A DNA stretch of 62,476 nt from Gekko japonicus (lineage: Eukaryota), in the NCBI RefSeq assembly GCF_001447785.1, contig NW_015159739.1, positions 84,534 through 147,009 of the forward strand. Direction: 5' to 3'. The notes under the pieces are model-generated. The model was not told the origin of the DNA. It saw only the letters and a program-made list of their open reading frames with translations, and searched no databases. A program made the position numbers and the translations under genes. The first letter of the stretch is position 1. Each line of letters starts with the position of its first letter. This document shows positions 61,399 through 62,476 of the stretch, piece after piece.

Positions 61399-62476
61399 CG
61401 GTGGTCGGCAAAGTGTGGCTCCCGAGCCACCTGCGGCTCTTTGGCCCCTTTAGTGTGGCTCTTCCATAGTCGGCCAGTTGGAGTTCCTCTGTGGTGAGCT
61501 GCAAGAAAACGGGTCTGGAGAAGCCCCGGCAGAGTTCCTCCCCGCTTTGAAAGTGAAAGGGTTTTTTTACTTTTTAAAAACTTTTTTTTGTTGCTGATTT
61601 GCTGGGCAGCCAGGGCCTAAGCCCCGCCCCAACTCCCAGGAGCCCTCAGTTGGAGCGGGAGGCAGCACATGCTGCCTCTGTTTGCCGTACTGCTGCCGGC
61701 AAAATTGTAAGTTGCTGGGGGTTTGGGGGGGGGCAGAAGCTTGTTTTAGGTGGGGTGGGTGAAGGCACCTAGGCCATGGGTGGCTTGGGTGCAGGGGCGG
61801 AGGTTTGTTTTGGGTAGGGAGGATGGGAGGTGAGGGCGCTCCGGCGCGGTCTGGCGGGGACTGTTTCTTGGGCGGAGTGGCCCTGAGCCCCTGCGCTGCA
61901 GGCTTCTTAGGCGCTCAAGTGTGGGCTGGCGAGGGCTGGTTTTTTTTTTTGGGGGGGGTAGCCATGAGTGCCTGGGCTGCAGGCTGCCCGGGCATTCTGG
62001 CAGGGGCTGTTTTTTGGGGGGTGAGGGTGGCCACGAGTGCCCGGGCTGCAAGCTGCCCGGGCACTCTGGTGCAGGCTGGTGAGAAGTATTTCTTTGGAAG
62101 TGGGGGTGGTGGCTACGAGCCCCTGCGCTGCAAGCCTCTTCAGCGCACAGGCGCGGGCTGGCGGGAGCTTTTGGGGGGTAGGTGGCCGCGAGTGCCCGGG
62201 CTGCAGGCTGTCCAGGCATTCTGGTGGGGGCTTTTTTTTCGGGGTGGTGGTGGCTGCGAGTGCCTGGGCTGCAAGCTGCCAGCTGTCCAGGCATTCTGGT
62301 GGGGGCTTTTTTTCGGGGTGGTGGTGGCTGCGAGTGCCTGGGCTGCAAGCTGCCGTGCCCGGGCGCTCTTGTGCAGGCTGGCGGGAAGTGTTGCTGTGGG
62401 AGTGGGAGGGGCAACGAGTGCCTGGGCTGCAGGCCAGCCGGGCGCTCTGGCGCGGACTGGAGGAAAGTGTTCTTCG
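61399..62476 (+). mobile_element. hAT-Charlie-type element (left end) with internal GC-rich ~60-bp minisatellite, runs off the window
   Basis: Terminus CGGTGGTCGGCAAAGTGTGGCTCCCGAGCCAC after a GTCTAGGG target site; repeated GAGTGCCTGGGCTGCAGGCTGCCCGGGCATTCTGG units from ~61880 onward. Confidence 0.72.

Noticed and set aside
61746-62414. 222-aa proline-rich ORF
   Set aside because: Translation of a GC-rich minisatellite inside a transposon; no domain or splice support.

Overview
Eukaryotic genomic DNA from a squamate reptile, most likely a gecko (inferred from Sauria/Squam-type SINEs, CR1, L2 and hAT content). The only host gene is the 3' half of RYBP on the minus strand: three coding exons (57026-56850, 56333-56235, 53291-53039) and a ~4 kb 3' UTR with no recognisable transposon insertions. 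The first ~45 kb is a transposon-rich intergenic region downstream of RYBP. It holds two Ty3/Gypsy LTR retrotransposons with target-site duplications (TSDs): (i) a chromodomain-bearing Tf1/sushi-type element lacking RT and RNase H, whose primer-binding site is complementary to its own LTR (self-priming), and (ii) a young, nearly intact tRNA-Ser-primed element with TG...TA termini. It also contains a multiply nested L2, several hAT MITEs with 8-bp TSDs, and long palindromes. The most unusual items are an orphan MYO7A motor-domain exon with both splice sites inserted in an old CR1, a 58-bp templated insertion copied from 5.6 kb away into a SINE, and a diverged ~310-bp hairpin. No CRISPR array, rRNA or tRNA gene is supported, and I cannot demonstrate a wholly new biological system from sequence alone. 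Family names come from recall, not database searches.
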